A stretch of DNA of 64,000 nucleotides from Chthoniobacterales bacterium (GCA_038207335.1 JBBQZX010000001.1:128001-192000); one strand, 5' to 3'; shown: positions 40,654 through 51,661, numbered from the stretch's first letter. The notes: generated from the sequence alone by a model not told the origin. Numbers and translations are program-made.

Positions 40654-40810
40654 GCCGAGCCGTTCATGTTGTTGGGCTGGCGTCGTCGTCGCGTTGCTTA
40701 CTGATCGTCTGCAACCGCTTCGGTATTAACCCCGATGCAGGTCCCGGGGGCCTCGCGAATCCTTTGCCAGAGCCGATTCACGCCTCATTCACCTTCGTGA
40801 AAGTAAAGCG

Positions 40811-40838
40811 TTGCCAGTCAATCGGGATTTCCTAGACT
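40811..40838 (+). promoter_or_regulatory. sigma70-like promoter for hppA
   Basis: TTGCCA, 16 bp spacer, TAGACT. Confidence 0.4.
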
Positions 40839-40869
40839 CCCGCCCCCTTCCCAAAACCGACCGACCCAT

Positions 40870-43002
40870 ATGTCCATTCTCGCAGCGTCTTTCCTCGAAT
40901 ATTCCGGTCTTCCGATCGCCATGATTTGCGCGGTCATTGCACTCGCCTTCGCGGTTTATCTCATCAAAGGAATCCTCGCCGCGCCGGCTGGAAATGAGCG
41001 CATGAAAGAAATTGCGCGGGCCATCGAGGAGGGCGCAAAGGCATACCTTGGGCGGCAAATTCGATCCGTCAGCCTCATCGCCGTGGGGTTGTTTTTCATC
41101 GTCGGGTTTGCCCGCGATTGGGCCACGGCGCTTGGTTTCCTGCTCGGCGCGGTCTGCTCGATGGCCGCCGGTTTCATCGGAATGCGCGTCGCGGTGCTGG
41201 CCAATGTCCGCACCGCGCAGGGCGCGATCGCGAGCCGGCAGAAGGCGCTGCAAGCCGCATTCAACGGCGGCGCTGTGACAGGTCTGCTCGTCGTGGGGCT
41301 CGCGCTTTTGTCGGTCGGCCTTTTCTACCTGCTCATGGGGAAAGTGAACCCGCTGAATCAAGTCAGCAGCCTCGTTGGCGTGGCGCTCGGCTCTTCGCTC
41401 ATTAGCGTTTTTGCGCGGCTCGGCGGCGGCATTTACACAAAGGCCGCGGATGTCGGCGCGGACCTCGTCGGCAAAATCGAGAGCGGACTCGATGAGGACG
41501 ATCCGCGCAATCCGGCGACCATCGCGGACAATGTCGGCGACAATGTCGGCGACTGCGCGGGCATGGCGGCGGACGTTTTTGAAACCTACGCGGTCAGCCT
41601 CATCGGCGCGCTCCTGGTCGCCGCGCTCACGCTCAAAGGCTCCAACGCCGCGCTCGTCTTTCCATTCCTGATGGGCGGCATTTCCATCCTCTCCTCAATC
41701 GTCGGCGTCATGTATGTGAACGTCACGAAATCCAAGCCCGGCACCGCGCTCATGGCCGGTGTCGGCGTCAGCACGCTCATCTCGGCGGTCGCGTTTTTCG
41801 TCCTCACGAAAATGCTTTTCCCCGTCGCCTTCTCATCGAACGACGGTCGCGTCATCACCTCCGGCGGCCTTTACCTTTCCGCCCTCATCGGCCTCGTTAT
41901 GACCGCCATCGTCGTCCTCATCACGAACTACTACACCTCCACCGCCTACGCGCCCGTCCGCAAAATAGCCAAGGCTTCCGAGACCGGCCACGCCACGAAT
42001 ATCATCGCCGGCCTGGCCATCGGCCAGCACGCCACCGCGCTCCCGGTGCTCTTCATCGGCGCGTCGATTTGGGGCAGCTTCCACTTCGCCGGGCTCTACG
42101 GCGTCGCGACCGCCGTCATGGCGATGCTCTCGCTCGCCGGCATCATCATCTCGCTCGATGCCTTTGGCCCGATCACCGACAACGCTGGCGGCATCGCTGT
42201 CATGAGCGGCCTGCCGAAAGAAGTGCGCGCCATCACCGACGACCTCGACGCCGTCGGTAACACCATGAAGGCCGTCACCAAGGGCTATGCCGTCGCCTCC
42301 GCCGGCCTCGCCGCGCTCGTGCTCTTCGGCTCGTACGCGGCCGAGCTTCACGCACATCTTTTTGAAAAGTGGCACGTTCTCAATGCCACGGCCTCCGATG
42401 TCGCCGTCGCCGCGCAGCATCTCGTGATAGATGCCGGTCTCACCTTTTCCCTCAGCGATCCCCACGTTCTCATCGGCCTCTTCATTGGCGGCCTGCTGCC
42501 GTTCATGTTCGCCGCATTCAGCATGGATGCGGTGGGCAAAGCAGCGGGCGCGGTCGTCAATGAAGTCCGCCGCCAGCTCAAGGAAAAGCCCGGCATCCTG
42601 CGCGGCGAAGACAAGCCGGACTACGGCGTCTGCGTCGATATCGTCACCAAGGCCGCGCTTCGCGAAATGATCCTCCCCGCGCTCCTGCCCGTGCTTGTCG
42701 TCGTGCTCGTCGCTTGGCTGCCAGGGCTTGGAAAAGTCGTCCTCGGCGGCGTGCTCGTCGGCACCATCGTCACCGGGCTGTTCGTCGCCATCTCCATGAC
42801 CTCCAGCGGCGGAGCATGGGACAACGCGAAGAAATACATCGAGGAAGGCAACCACGGCGGCAAAGGCTCGCCTGCGCACGCCGCCAGCGTCACCGGCGAC
42901 ACCGTTGGCGACCCCTACAAAGACACCAGCGGCCCCGCGATCAACCCCATGATCAAGGTCGTCAACATCGTCGCCATCCTCATCATCCCGATCTTCTTCT
43001 GA
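40870..43002 (+). CDS. hppA: Membrane-integral pyrophosphatase, probably K+-independent H+-translocating
   Basis: [42 protein letters not shown] (Lys at the K+-independence position), [10 protein letters not shown]. Confidence 0.94.
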   Translation: MSILAASFLEYSGLPIAMICAVIALAFAVYLIKGILAAPAGNERMKEIARAIEEGAKAYLGRQIRSVSLIAVGLFFIVGFARDWATALGFLLGAVCSMAAGFIGMRVAVLANVRTAQGAIASRQKALQAAFNGGAVTGLLVVGLALLSVGLFYLLMGKVNPLNQVSSLVGVALGSSLISVFARLGGGIYTKAADVGADLVGKIESGLDEDDPRNPATIADNVGDNVGDCAGMAADVFETYAVSLIGALLVAALTLKGSNAALVFPFLMGGISILSSIVGVMYVNVTKSKPGTALMAGVGVSTLISAVAFFVLTKMLFPVAFSSNDGRVITSGGLYLSALIGLVMTAIVVLITNYYTSTAYAPVRKIAKASETGHATNIIAGLAIGQHATALPVLFIGASIWGSFHFAGLYGVATAVMAMLSLAGIIISLDAFGPITDNAGGIAVMSGLPKEVRAITDDLDAVGNTMKAVTKGYAVASAGLAALVLFGSYAAELHAHLFEKWHVLNATASDVAVAAQHLVIDAGLTFSLSDPHVLIGLFIGGLLPFMFAAFSMDAVGKAAGAVVNEVRRQLKEKPGILRGEDKPDYGVCVDIVTKAALREMILPALLPVLVVVLVAWLPGLGKVVLGGVLVGTIVTGLFVAISMTSSGGAWDNAKKYIEEGNHGGKGSPAHAASVTGDTVGDPYKDTSGPAINPMIKVVNIVAILIIPIFF

Positions 43003-43017
43003 GCCAAAGTCGATGCC

Positions 43018-43539
43018 ATGAATTCTCCGCTGGCAGTCGTTTCGGAATCCGGCATTCCGGTTCTCTTTGTCGGTGGGACCGCGGTGCAGATATACGGCTT
43101 CAGCCGCTTCACGAAAGATTTCGATTGCCTCGTGTCTCACGAAAATAGCGCGGCGTTGGCGGCCGTGCTGCAGGCAGCAGAGTTTGAGGAATTTGACCGC
43201 AGCAACGTAGTCGCCCGTTACAGACACGTCCGCCAGACGACCTGGCTGCTGGATACGCTCTTCGTGAATGGCGAGACTTTTGAAAAGCTCTGGGCCGACC
43301 GGCATGAGGCGAAACTCGGTGCGGTCACGGTTTTCGCCGCATCCCCAAAGCACATCATCGCGATGAAGCTTCACGCGATGACACAGAATGCGAACCGCGA
43401 GATGTTCGACCTCCTCGACGTGCTCGAACTCATCAAGCGGAAGCGCGAAACCTTTTCCCGCGACGAGCTGGCCGAAATATGCGAGCGCTATGGGACGCCG
43501 GCACTCCTCGCCAAACTGTTAGCCGCGTACGACCGATGA
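43018..43539 (+). CDS. Nucleotidyltransferase (AbiEii/DUF6036-like GG.A...R.T.D.D family)
   Basis: LFVGGTAVQIYGFSRFTKDFDCLV; IIAMKLHA; D..D. Confidence 0.75.
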   Translation: MNSPLAVVSESGIPVLFVGGTAVQIYGFSRFTKDFDCLVSHENSAALAAVLQAAEFEEFDRSNVVARYRHVRQTTWLLDTLFVNGETFEKLWADRHEAKLGAVTVFAASPKHIIAMKLHAMTQNANREMFDLLDVLELIKRKRETFSRDELAEICERYGTPALLAKLLAAYDR

Positions 43540-43727
43540 GAGCACCCGAACTCGACCTCGAATTTCCAGTGTTTGATGACACCGCTTTTCCCGCGCCAGA
43601 ACTGACCCTTACGGAGTGGCTCGAGTGGCTCGACTGGGCAAAGCGTGAGTTCGTCTCCGCCGAGCATCTCGAGCAATGGATCAACGATCCTGAGCGTCGC
43701 GCCGTCGAAGTCCCATTTACGCTTTGA
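43536..43727 (+). CDS. Small acidic hypothetical protein coupled to the nucleotidyltransferase
   Basis: ATGA overlap; MRAPELDLEFPV...EWLEWLDW...RRAVEVPFTL, 63 aa. Confidence 0.6.
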   Translation: MRAPELDLEFPVFDDTAFPAPELTLTEWLEWLDWAKREFVSAEHLEQWINDPERRAVEVPFTL

Positions 43728-43752
43728 GTTCGTCCTCCAGCGCGTTCTATCC

Positions 43753-44973
43753 TTGAAAGCCCTCTTCCTCACCAACGAATTCCCGCCGACCGTCTACGGC
43801 GGCGCGGGTGTCCATGTCGATTACCTCAGCCGCGAGCTCGCGAAGCTCATGGACATCGAGGCCCGCTGCTATGGCAAAGACGGGCGCGAAGTCCGCGTCG
43901 ATGAGCCCCACCTCCACGCCACCGCCTACGGCATCGACACCACCGGCTATACCGCCCCCGCGCAACTCCACTCCGTCTTCGCCGCCGTCCAGCGCGACCT
44001 CGACTGGAATACCACCGCCATCGACGCCGACCTCGTCCACCTCCACACGTGGTACACCCACCTCGGCGGCATCCTCGCAAAGCTCAACTACGGCATCCCC
44101 ATGGTCCTCACCGTCCATTCCCTCGAGCCCCTGCGCCCGTGGAAACGCGAGCAGCTCGGCGGCGGCTACGACTTTTCCTGCTGGGTCGAAAAGACCGCCA
44201 TCGAAATGGCCGACGCCGTCATCGCCGTCTCACGCGAGACAAAAGCGGACATCCTCCGGCTCTTCGATGTCGATGAGGCCAAAGTCCACATCATCTACAA
44301 CGGCATCGACCTAGACGAATACCAGCCCGTCACGACAACCGACGCACTCGTCCGCTACGGCATCGACCCCGCAGTGCCGTTTCTGCTCTTCGTCGGCCGC
44401 ATCACCCGGCAAAAAGGCATCGTCCACCTCGTCAACGCCATCCAGTACATGGAACCTGGCTTCCAAGTCGTCCTCTGTGCCGGCGCTCCCGACACCCCAG
44501 AGATCGCCGCCGAGATGAAAGCTGCCGTCGCCGCCACCACCGCCGCGCACCACGGCTCCGTCATCTGGATCGAGGAAATGGTCAACAAGACCACCGTCTA
44601 TGAGCTCTACAGCCAGGCCGCGGTCTTTTGCTGCCCGTCCATCTACGAGCCCTTCGGCATCATCAATCTCGAAGCCATGGCCTGCGAAACCGCCGTCGTA
44701 GCCAGCGCCGTCGGCGGCATTAAGGAAGTCGTCGTCGAAGGCGAAACCGGCTTCCTCGTCCCTCTCGAGCAAATGACCGAGAGCCCCTTCGCGCCCTTGA
44801 ACCCCGACCAATTCTCACGCGACCTCGCCGCCCGGATCAATCAGCTCATGGCCGACCCCGCGCTCCGCGAGCAGATGGGAAAAGCGGGCCGCCAGCGTGC
44901 CATCGACATCTTCTCTTGGCGCGCGATCGCTGCGCAGACCCACGCGCTCTACGAGGAGCTTTTGCAAAAATAG
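43753..44973 (+). CDS. glgA: GT4 glycogen synthase, actinobacterial GlgA/GlgM type
   Basis: EFPPTVYGGAGVHV, HTWY, HSLEPLRPWKREQLGGGY, FVGRITRQKG, CPSIYEPFGIINLEAMAC; TTG start. Confidence 0.88.
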   Translation: MKALFLTNEFPPTVYGGAGVHVDYLSRELAKLMDIEARCYGKDGREVRVDEPHLHATAYGIDTTGYTAPAQLHSVFAAVQRDLDWNTTAIDADLVHLHTWYTHLGGILAKLNYGIPMVLTVHSLEPLRPWKREQLGGGYDFSCWVEKTAIEMADAVIAVSRETKADILRLFDVDEAKVHIIYNGIDLDEYQPVTTTDALVRYGIDPAVPFLLFVGRITRQKGIVHLVNAIQYMEPGFQVVLCAGAPDTPEIAAEMKAAVAATTAAHHGSVIWIEEMVNKTTVYELYSQAAVFCCPSIYEPFGIINLEAMACETAVVASAVGGIKEVVVEGETGFLVPLEQMTESPFAPLNPDQFSRDLAARINQLMADPALREQMGKAGRQRAIDIFSWRAIAAQTHALYEELLQK

Positions 44974-45118
44974 CGCACGCGGAAAAACTCGTACATTCCG
45001 CGATTCCGTCGTTTCGACTGCGCACGCGCCAATCGAAAAACGCCTCGAAGGCGCTCAAGGATTCACTCAATAGTGTGCTTCGCCACCACCGGCGTCCGCT
45101 TTCCCGCAGCTAGAATCC

Positions 45119-46060
45119 ATGAACTCTATTCACACTCGCCCGCTTGGACACACCGGCCTTCACGTCCCGATTCTCGGCTTCGGCGCTTCGTCGCTCGGAG
45201 CGGAGTTTCGCAATGTCACGCTCGATGAAGTGCTCGGCAGTGTCCGTGTCGCGCTCGAGTGCGGGCTGAACTTCATCGACACCTCGCCATTCTACGGCCG
45301 CGGCATGAGTGAGGTGCTGCTCGGCGTCGCGCTCAAAGGTGTGCCGCGCGACAGCTACACCCTTTGCACAAAGCTCGGACGTTACGACCTCGAGCACTTC
45401 GATTTTTCCGCGAAGCGCGTCGCCGAAAGCGTGGACGTGAGTCTTCACCGGCTCGGCACCGATCATCTGGACATCGTGCTGTGCCACGACATCGAATTCG
45501 TGCCGATGCAGCAGATCGTTGATGAGACGATCCCCGCCCTGCGAAAGGCGCAACAGGCCGGGAAGCTCCGATTTATCGGCATCTCCGGCTATCCGATGAA
45601 GGCCCTCGACTTCGTGCTGGAGCGGGCGGAGCTCGACTGCGTGCTCAGCTACAACCAATATACGCTGCAAAATACGCGCTTCGCCGATGCGCTCGTGCCA
45701 ACGCTCAAGTCGCGAGGAATCGGCGCGATGAATGCCGGCCCATTTTCCGCGCGCCTGCTAACGAATGCGCCGCTGCCCGCATGGCTGAAAGAGCCCGAGG
45801 AGGTGAAAGCCGCTGCCCGTCGCGCCGCCGGGTTGTGTGCGGACCGTGGAGTGGATCTCGCGAAGATCGCGCTCCAGTTTTCCTGCGCGAATCCCGATAT
45901 CGCTACGACCATCGCCGGTTCCGCCAACCCCGGCAATATCCGCAAGTGGGCCGACTGGGTCGCCGAGCCGATCGACTACGACCTCCTGCGCGAAGTCCTC
46001 GCGGTTTTCGCTTCGGTGAAAAACATCGGCCACCTCGAAGGTCTTCCTGAAAACAACTGA
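45119..46060 (+). CDS. Aldo/keto reductase (L-galactose / D-threo-aldose dehydrogenase-like)
   Basis: LGFGASSLG, NFIDTSPFYG, TKLGRY, SL.RLGTDHLD...HDIEF, GISGYP. Confidence 0.85.
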   Translation: MNSIHTRPLGHTGLHVPILGFGASSLGAEFRNVTLDEVLGSVRVALECGLNFIDTSPFYGRGMSEVLLGVALKGVPRDSYTLCTKLGRYDLEHFDFSAKRVAESVDVSLHRLGTDHLDIVLCHDIEFVPMQQIVDETIPALRKAQQAGKLRFIGISGYPMKALDFVLERAELDCVLSYNQYTLQNTRFADALVPTLKSRGIGAMNAGPFSARLLTNAPLPAWLKEPEEVKAAARRAAGLCADRGVDLAKIALQFSCANPDIATTIAGSANPGNIRKWADWVAEPIDYDLLREVLAVFASVKNIGHLEGLPENN

Positions 46061-46111
46061 GCCCGTAGCGCGAACAGCGACTCTGCGCACGAACGGCTTG
46101 ACGCAATTTCC

Positions 46112-47143
46112 ATGAAAGCACTCCAACTCGAAAAACCTCGGACGTGGCGGCAAATCGATATCCCGGAACCGCCGCAGCCGGGCCCCGGCGAAGCGCTCGT
46201 GCGCGTGCAGCGCGTCGGCATCTGCGGCACCGACCTCGGCGGCTATCTCGGAAAGATGCCGTTCTTCAGCTATCCGCGAATCCCCGGCCACGAACTCGGC
46301 GTGGAAGTCATCGCGGTGGGCGATGGCGTGTCCAACGTCCAGCCCGGCGACCGCTGTGCCGTCGAGTGCTATCTCAACTGCCAGACGTGCTACTCGTGCC
46401 GTCGCGGTTTTACGAATTGCTGCGAAAATCATAAGACGCTCGGTGTAATGTGCGACGGCGGACTGACGGAGCGCATCATCCTGCCTGCGCGTAAGTTGCA
46501 CGTCGCCTCAAACCTCACGCCCGACCAGTGCGCGCTCGTCGAGACGCTTGCCATCGGCTGCCACGCGGTCGATCGCGGCAATCCGAAGCCAGGCGAAAAC
46601 GTGGTCATCATTGGTGCAGGGCCGATCGGGCTTTCGGCGCTGGAATTCGTGAAGCTCTCCGGCGCGAGACCGATCGTCATGGATATCAGCGAGTCGCGGC
46701 TGACCTTCGTGCGCGACAGGATGGGCGTTCCGGACACCATCCTGGTGCGGGTGGACGAGTCGGACATCCAGACAGCCAGTGCAATGACGGCCGGCCAGCT
46801 AGCCGACGTCGTCATCGACGCGACGGGCAATCACCAATCGATGGTGCGCGCGATGGAGTTTGCAGCATTCGCCGGACGGGTGGTTTTCGTCGGCATTACG
46901 CAGCAAAATCTCGAGTTTCCACACGCGCCTTTTCTCCATCGTCGCGAGCTTACACTCATGGCGAGTCGCAATGCCCTCAGTCGCGATTTTGCCCGGATCA
47001 TCCAGCTGATCGAGGAGGGTAAAATCGACACGAAACCGTGGATCACGCACCACGCGAAATTTGAGGAAGTGCCGGAGATTTTCCCGACATGGCTAAAGCC
47101 GGAAACTGGCGTTATCAAAGCCGTCGTGCATGTCACCCCTTGA
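46112..47143 (+). CDS. Zinc-dependent alcohol dehydrogenase (L-galactonate / hexonate dehydrogenase-like)
   Basis: GICGTD, GHE, C..C..C...C..C structural Zn site, GAGPIG, SRNA. Confidence 0.88.
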   Translation: MKALQLEKPRTWRQIDIPEPPQPGPGEALVRVQRVGICGTDLGGYLGKMPFFSYPRIPGHELGVEVIAVGDGVSNVQPGDRCAVECYLNCQTCYSCRRGFTNCCENHKTLGVMCDGGLTERIILPARKLHVASNLTPDQCALVETLAIGCHAVDRGNPKPGENVVIIGAGPIGLSALEFVKLSGARPIVMDISESRLTFVRDRMGVPDTILVRVDESDIQTASAMTAGQLADVVIDATGNHQSMVRAMEFAAFAGRVVFVGITQQNLEFPHAPFLHRRELTLMASRNALSRDFARIIQLIEEGKIDTKPWITHHAKFEEVPEIFPTWLKPETGVIKAVVHVTP

Positions 47144-47373
47144 AACCCCATGCGCCGCGATCCAGTCCCCGACGGTAGAGTTCGTGAGATCGTTACCTCC
47201 GAGCGTTGATGATATTCGGTGCTCTGCCAACCAACTGCCACGCCTTCGAGCAAATGAACAGATTCATAAGTCTCCGCTAATCAGCGATTAAATCAGTTGG
47301 CAAGGCGCACCGGCAGTGCGAGGAGCGTCGAAACTTGTTTTACGCGTAAATCAATTCGACGTGTGTTTTGATT

Positions 47374-47401
47374 TTGACAGATTCCATCGAGCCATTACCG
47401 T
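47374..47401 (+). promoter_or_regulatory. Possible sigma70 promoter for the LEPR-XLL gene
   Basis: TTGACA, 16 bp spacer, TACCGT in an AT-richer intergenic region. Confidence 0.35.
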
Positions 47402-47461
47402 CCGCGCGCCAGTATCAGGATTTAGGATCCTGAGAACGTAGCAAACCTCCACTTACTTACC

Positions 47462-50400
47462 ATGAGCCGACCTTTTCACATCAGCCGCTCCTCCATCGAA
47501 CCACTCGAGTCCCGAATCGCCCCGGCGGTGATCATCACGAATAACGCGGGCGCACTGAGCATCGTGAGCGATGGAGCCGGCGATACGATCGCTTTTTACG
47601 CGAAAAGTGGCGATGCGATGATGCTGGTGGTGGATGTGGACAATAATGGGTCTGCGGAACTGACTGTGGATAAGACGACGCTGACATCGATCACTGTGAC
47701 CGGTGCCGGCGGAGCGGACACGGTATTGATCGACCTGAAGAATGGCAATCCTGGACCGCTGGTGGCAGGAGCCTATACGTTTGCCTTTGATGGCGGGGGT
47801 GATGCGGGCGACAAGCTTGTCATCACGGACAGTCTCGCGACGGTGACTCCGAATTCGGCGACCGCGACATGGCGTCCGAGTAGCGCGACCAGCGCCGCCG
47901 GAAGCATTGATCTGGGGACGGGCAGCTACGGTTATACGACACTTTCGGCTGGGCTCGACGTTTCGAAAATCAGCGCGCTCTCGCTGATCACGGATGCGGG
48001 GATAGATACCTTTACATTGACGAACGGCGTCCTCTCCGGAACCGCCGGCGCGGCGTCTCATGCCTTGGTATTTTCGCAATTGCCGACGCTGACGATCGAC
48101 GTTGGATCGAAAGACGGCGCAACGGCCACGGCGGATACCGTTACGATCGCTTCTCTGACCGGTAGCGGGCTCAAGAACCTGACGGTGAGCACCGGCTCCG
48201 GCAGTGACCGACTCAATATCAATACTCCATCCCTGGTGCTCCCACAGACCGGCGGAACTTTTACTTTCGACGGTGGAAATGGAGACGATACGATCGCCCA
48301 CACCACTGGTGAAAATCTCACTCTGACCGACGCTTCGCTCGCTTCAAGCGCGGGCGGAACGGTGAGTCTCACGGGCGTGGAAAATGCGCTTTTGACCGGC
48401 GGGTCGGGCATCAACGTGTTTAACGTAAGCTCATGGCACGGCGTGGCGACTCTCGACGGTGCGGCTGGCGATGACACCTTCAACGTGACTTTCAATGGAG
48501 TGGCCGGAAGCGTGCAGATTGCGGGTGGCAGCGAAACCGACACCGTGAATCTCATCGGGACCGGAAGTAACGACTCCTTCACTATCACTGGGGGCAGTGT
48601 GGCACTGGGCGCTGAATCGGTGACTTTTGGCACGGTCGAGATGGTGAATCTCGACGCGCTCGGCGGCACGGACACTGTGACGCTGATGAACGGTGCAGTG
48701 AACGACCAGATCGTTGTGACTGCGGATAACACGGTGACCGCCGCCGGCATTCTTTTTAAGAATATCGAGGCATTCGACGCGGGCGCGGGAAGCGACACTG
48801 TGACTTTGATGACGGGTACGACTGATGAGACGATCCTCGTCACCGGCGACAATGCGGCCACTGTGCATGGGATTGCCTTCACGGGGATTGAGGCGCTCGA
48901 CGCTGGAGCTGGAAACGACACAGTGGTCCTGACGACCGGAGCGCTCGACGAGACCATCAACGTGACGGGTGACCAGGCGGCGACGGCACACCTGATTGCC
49001 TTCACGGGGATCGAGGCGCTCGACGCTGGAGCTGGAAACGACACGGTGGTGCTGATGACCGGAACAACGGACGAGACGATCAACGTGACCGGCAACAACG
49101 CGGCGACAGCGCACTTGATTGCCTTCACGAATATCGAGGCACTCGATGCGGGCGCTGGGAACGACACGGTGGTCCTGACGACAGGAGCGACCGATGAGAC
49201 GATTAGCGTGACCGGCGACAACGCGGCGACGGCACACCTGATTGCCTTTACGAATATCGAGGCACTCGACGCTGGAGCCGGAAACGACACGGTGGTGCTG
49301 ATGACTGGAACGACGGACGAGACCATCAACGTGACCGGCGACAACGCGGCGACTGCACGCCTGATTGCCTTTACGAACATTGAAGCGCTCGACGCTGGAG
49401 CTGGGAATGACACGGTGGTCCTGACGACAGGAGCGCTCGACGAGACGATCAACGTGACCGGCGACAACGCGGCGACAGCACACCTGATTGCCTTCACGAA
49501 CATCGAGGCGCTCGATGCTGGAACTGGAAACGATTCGGTGGTGCTGACGACCGGTGCGACGGACGAGACGATCAACGTGACCGGCGACAACGCGGCGACA
49601 GCGCACTTGATTGCCTTCACGAATATCGAGGCACTCGATGCGGGCGCTGGGAACGACACGGTGGTCCTGACGACAGGAGCGACCGATGAGACGATTAACG
49701 TGACGGGCGACAACGCGGCGACAGCGCACCTGATCGCATTCACGAACATCGAAAAACTCGACGCCGGAGCGGGGAGCGACACTGTCCAACTGCCGGCCAC
49801 AAATGACACCTTTACGATCACCGGGACCAACGCCGGCAGCGGCCTCGGCATCGCTTTCACGAATATCGAAGCTGTCGATGGCGGCGGGGGGATCGACACT
49901 CTGATCAACGACAGCGGAGTGAAATTTGCATCGGTGTCGCACTCGGTTGCCGGGATCACCGTCTCGAGTTTTGAGACGATCAACACCCCCGGGCTGCTCC
50001 TCACATCGGGCGATGACGACTTCACGGTGTCTGCATTCGGCGACGCCACGTTTGGAGGACAAAGCTACACCGGGCTCACCTGCGTGGATGCCCTAGGTGG
50101 CCAAGACACAATTAGAGCCACGGCTGACGCGGACTTCGTTCTCAGCGATACGCTCTTGCAGGTTGACCTCGTGACTCCGCTGCCACATCACTACGAGCTC
50201 ATGCTCGTTTCCTTCGAGAACGCAGTTCTCACCGGCGGGAGCAGCAAGAATACCTTCACGATCAACGGTTGGTCCGGCACTGGGACCTTCAATGGATTGG
50301 GTGAGGATGACTTTTTCAATATCCTAGCGTGGACGAATACCGGGACGATCAATGGTGGCGACGGAGATGATCTGGCTGATGTGTCCGGTTGGAAAGCCAA

Positions 50401-51661
50401 CGGTACCTACAACGGCGACGCTGACAGCAACACGGTCCAAGCGAAAAACGACGCGGACTTTGAATTAGCGGATGGTCCGACGTCGCCCCTCGCTGGCGCG
50501 ACGTTGAAGCGCTCGTTCCCCGGCCCGATCCTCATCACTACCGCCCTGAATGGCGTGAAGACAGCAAAACTTACCGCTGAAGGAGCGGCCAATTCATTCA
50601 CCATCTCGAAGTGGACTGGCTTGGGATCACTCACTGGGGTGGCGGGCGGGAGCAACTCGATCTTTGCGGAAAAAGACACGAATTTCGTGGTTTCTGATAC
50701 GCAGATAGCGACCTCGGTGGTCGGATCGGTAATTGCGCAGCCGAAAGTCAAGTTCAGAGGTCAGAACCATCCGGTGCCTTCGAAGGTGACATACTTGCAA
50801 AGCGGCTTGAACTTGGCGCTTGCGAACATCGCGAAGGTAACTCTCATCGGTGGGGCGTCTCAGAATTACCTCGATGCGGGTCAATTTACCGGCACGGTCA
50901 AGCTCGTCGGAATGGGCAATACCGACGTGTTGATCGCAGGCAAGGGCGACAGTCAGCTCTACGGTTTCGATGAGTCGTCGGCAGAACGCGATCCGGGAGC
51001 GGCGACCAAGATCAAGCGCAACGCCGACCACGATCATTTCTACGTCCGCGACAATCCCGGCATCGATGTGCTCGCCCAGATTTACGCGACCAACCGATCG
51101 GGGAATGTCATCCACTTCCGCGAGTCATCAGTGGCGGTGAATTACACTCTACCAACGGCACCGAAGGTGAAAAAAGGGGTGTCCAAGCCGTTGCTCCCAG
51201 ACGCAGTGGTGGCCGATGCACGGGTCAACACGAGCGGGTCAGGGAAGCTCGGAGTCTCGCTGCTGCGTGGAAGATTGCAGCATCTAGAGGGCTCTCAGTT
51301 TGATGACACGTTGAAGGGAAATAATCTTCTCAACTCTGCGTGGGGCGGAGCGGGGCGGGACACGTTCACACCAGTTGGGGCTGACTTCTTCTTCGGTGGC
51401 GATGACGGCGTGAGCGATGTCTACAATGGATTCTTCAAGTTTTACTTCGCCGATGGAGCGCTTTCGGATCCTTTGCTGACTGACGGATCCCGTGACCGGC
51501 CATTCTTTGTTGCAGATGCGGCGAAGGGCAGGAAAACCGTATACACCGAGCCATTCCTAAAATATTACGCACCGAACGCGGGCACGCCGCAGGTCGATGG
51601 CTCTGGCGAGCCTGTGTTCGAGTTGCGCCAGAGTGTGCTACCGCCTGTCGTGTCAACTTGA
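47462..51661 (+). CDS. LEPR-XLL-type large repetitive extracellular protein (RTX-like Ca-binding repeats)
   Basis: N-terminal IEPLESRIAPA; many G.G.D motifs; 41-aa tandem repeats. Confidence 0.8.
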   Translation: MSRPFHISRSSIEPLESRIAPAVIITNNAGALSIVSDGAGDTIAFYAKSGDAMMLVVDVDNNGSAELTVDKTTLTSITVTGAGGADTVLIDLKNGNPGPLVAGAYTFAFDGGGDAGDKLVITDSLATVTPNSATATWRPSSATSAAGSIDLGTGSYGYTTLSAGLDVSKISALSLITDAGIDTFTLTNGVLSGTAGAASHALVFSQLPTLTIDVGSKDGATATADTVTIASLTGSGLKNLTVSTGSGSDRLNINTPSLVLPQTGGTFTFDGGNGDDTIAHTTGENLTLTDASLASSAGGTVSLTGVENALLTGGSGINVFNVSSWHGVATLDGAAGDDTFNVTFNGVAGSVQIAGGSETDTVNLIGTGSNDSFTITGGSVALGAESVTFGTVEMVNLDALGGTDTVTLMNGAVNDQIVVTADNTVTAAGILFKNIEAFDAGAGSDTVTLMTGTTDETILVTGDNAATVHGIAFTGIEALDAGAGNDTVVLTTGALDETINVTGDQAATAHLIAFTGIEALDAGAGNDTVVLMTGTTDETINVTGNNAATAHLIAFTNIEALDAGAGNDTVVLTTGATDETISVTGDNAATAHLIAFTNIEALDAGAGNDTVVLMTGTTDETINVTGDNAATARLIAFTNIEALDAGAGNDTVVLTTGALDETINVTGDNAATAHLIAFTNIEALDAGTGNDSVVLTTGATDETINVTGDNAATAHLIAFTNIEALDAGAGNDTVVLTTGATDETINVTGDNAATAHLIAFTNIEKLDAGAGSDTVQLPATNDTFTITGTNAGSGLGIAFTNIEAVDGGGGIDTLINDSGVKFASVSHSVAGITVSSFETINTPGLLLTSGDDDFTVSAFGDATFGGQSYTGLTCVDALGGQDTIRATADADFVLSDTLLQVDLVTPLPHHYELMLVSFENAVLTGGSSKNTFTINGWSGTGTFNGLGEDDFFNILAWTNTGTINGGDGDDLADVSGWKANGTYNGDADSNTVQAKNDADFELADGPTSPLAGATLKRSFPGPILITTALNGVKTAKLTAEGAANSFTISKWTGLGSLTGVAGGSNSIFAEKDTNFVVSDTQIATSVVGSVIAQPKVKFRGQNHPVPSKVTYLQSGLNLALANIAKVTLIGGASQNYLDAGQFTGTVKLVGMGNTDVLIAGKGDSQLYGFDESSAERDPGAATKIKRNADHDHFYVRDNPGIDVLAQIYATNRSGNVIHFRESSVAVNYTLPTAPKVKKGVSKPLLPDAVVADARVNTSGSGKLGVSLLRGRLQHLEGSQFDDTLKGNNLLNSAWGGAGRDTFTPVGADFFFGGDDGVSDVYNGFFKFYFADGALSDPLLTDGSRDRPFFVADAAKGRKTVYTEPFLKYYAPNAGTPQVDGSGEPVFELRQSVLPPVVST
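48653..49880 (+). repeat. 123-bp (41-aa) tandem coding repeat, about 9-10 units
   Basis: DAGAGNDTVVLTTGATDETINVTGDNAATAHLIAFTNIEAL units start at 48653, 48776, 48899, 49022, 49145, 49268, 49391, 49514, 49637, 49760. Confidence 0.92.

Noticed and set aside
48653..49880. 123-bp repeats as a CRISPR array or DGR template/variable repeats
   Set aside because: They are in-frame coding repeats with mostly synonymous differences; there are no spacers, no adenine-specific variation and no reverse transcriptase in the window.
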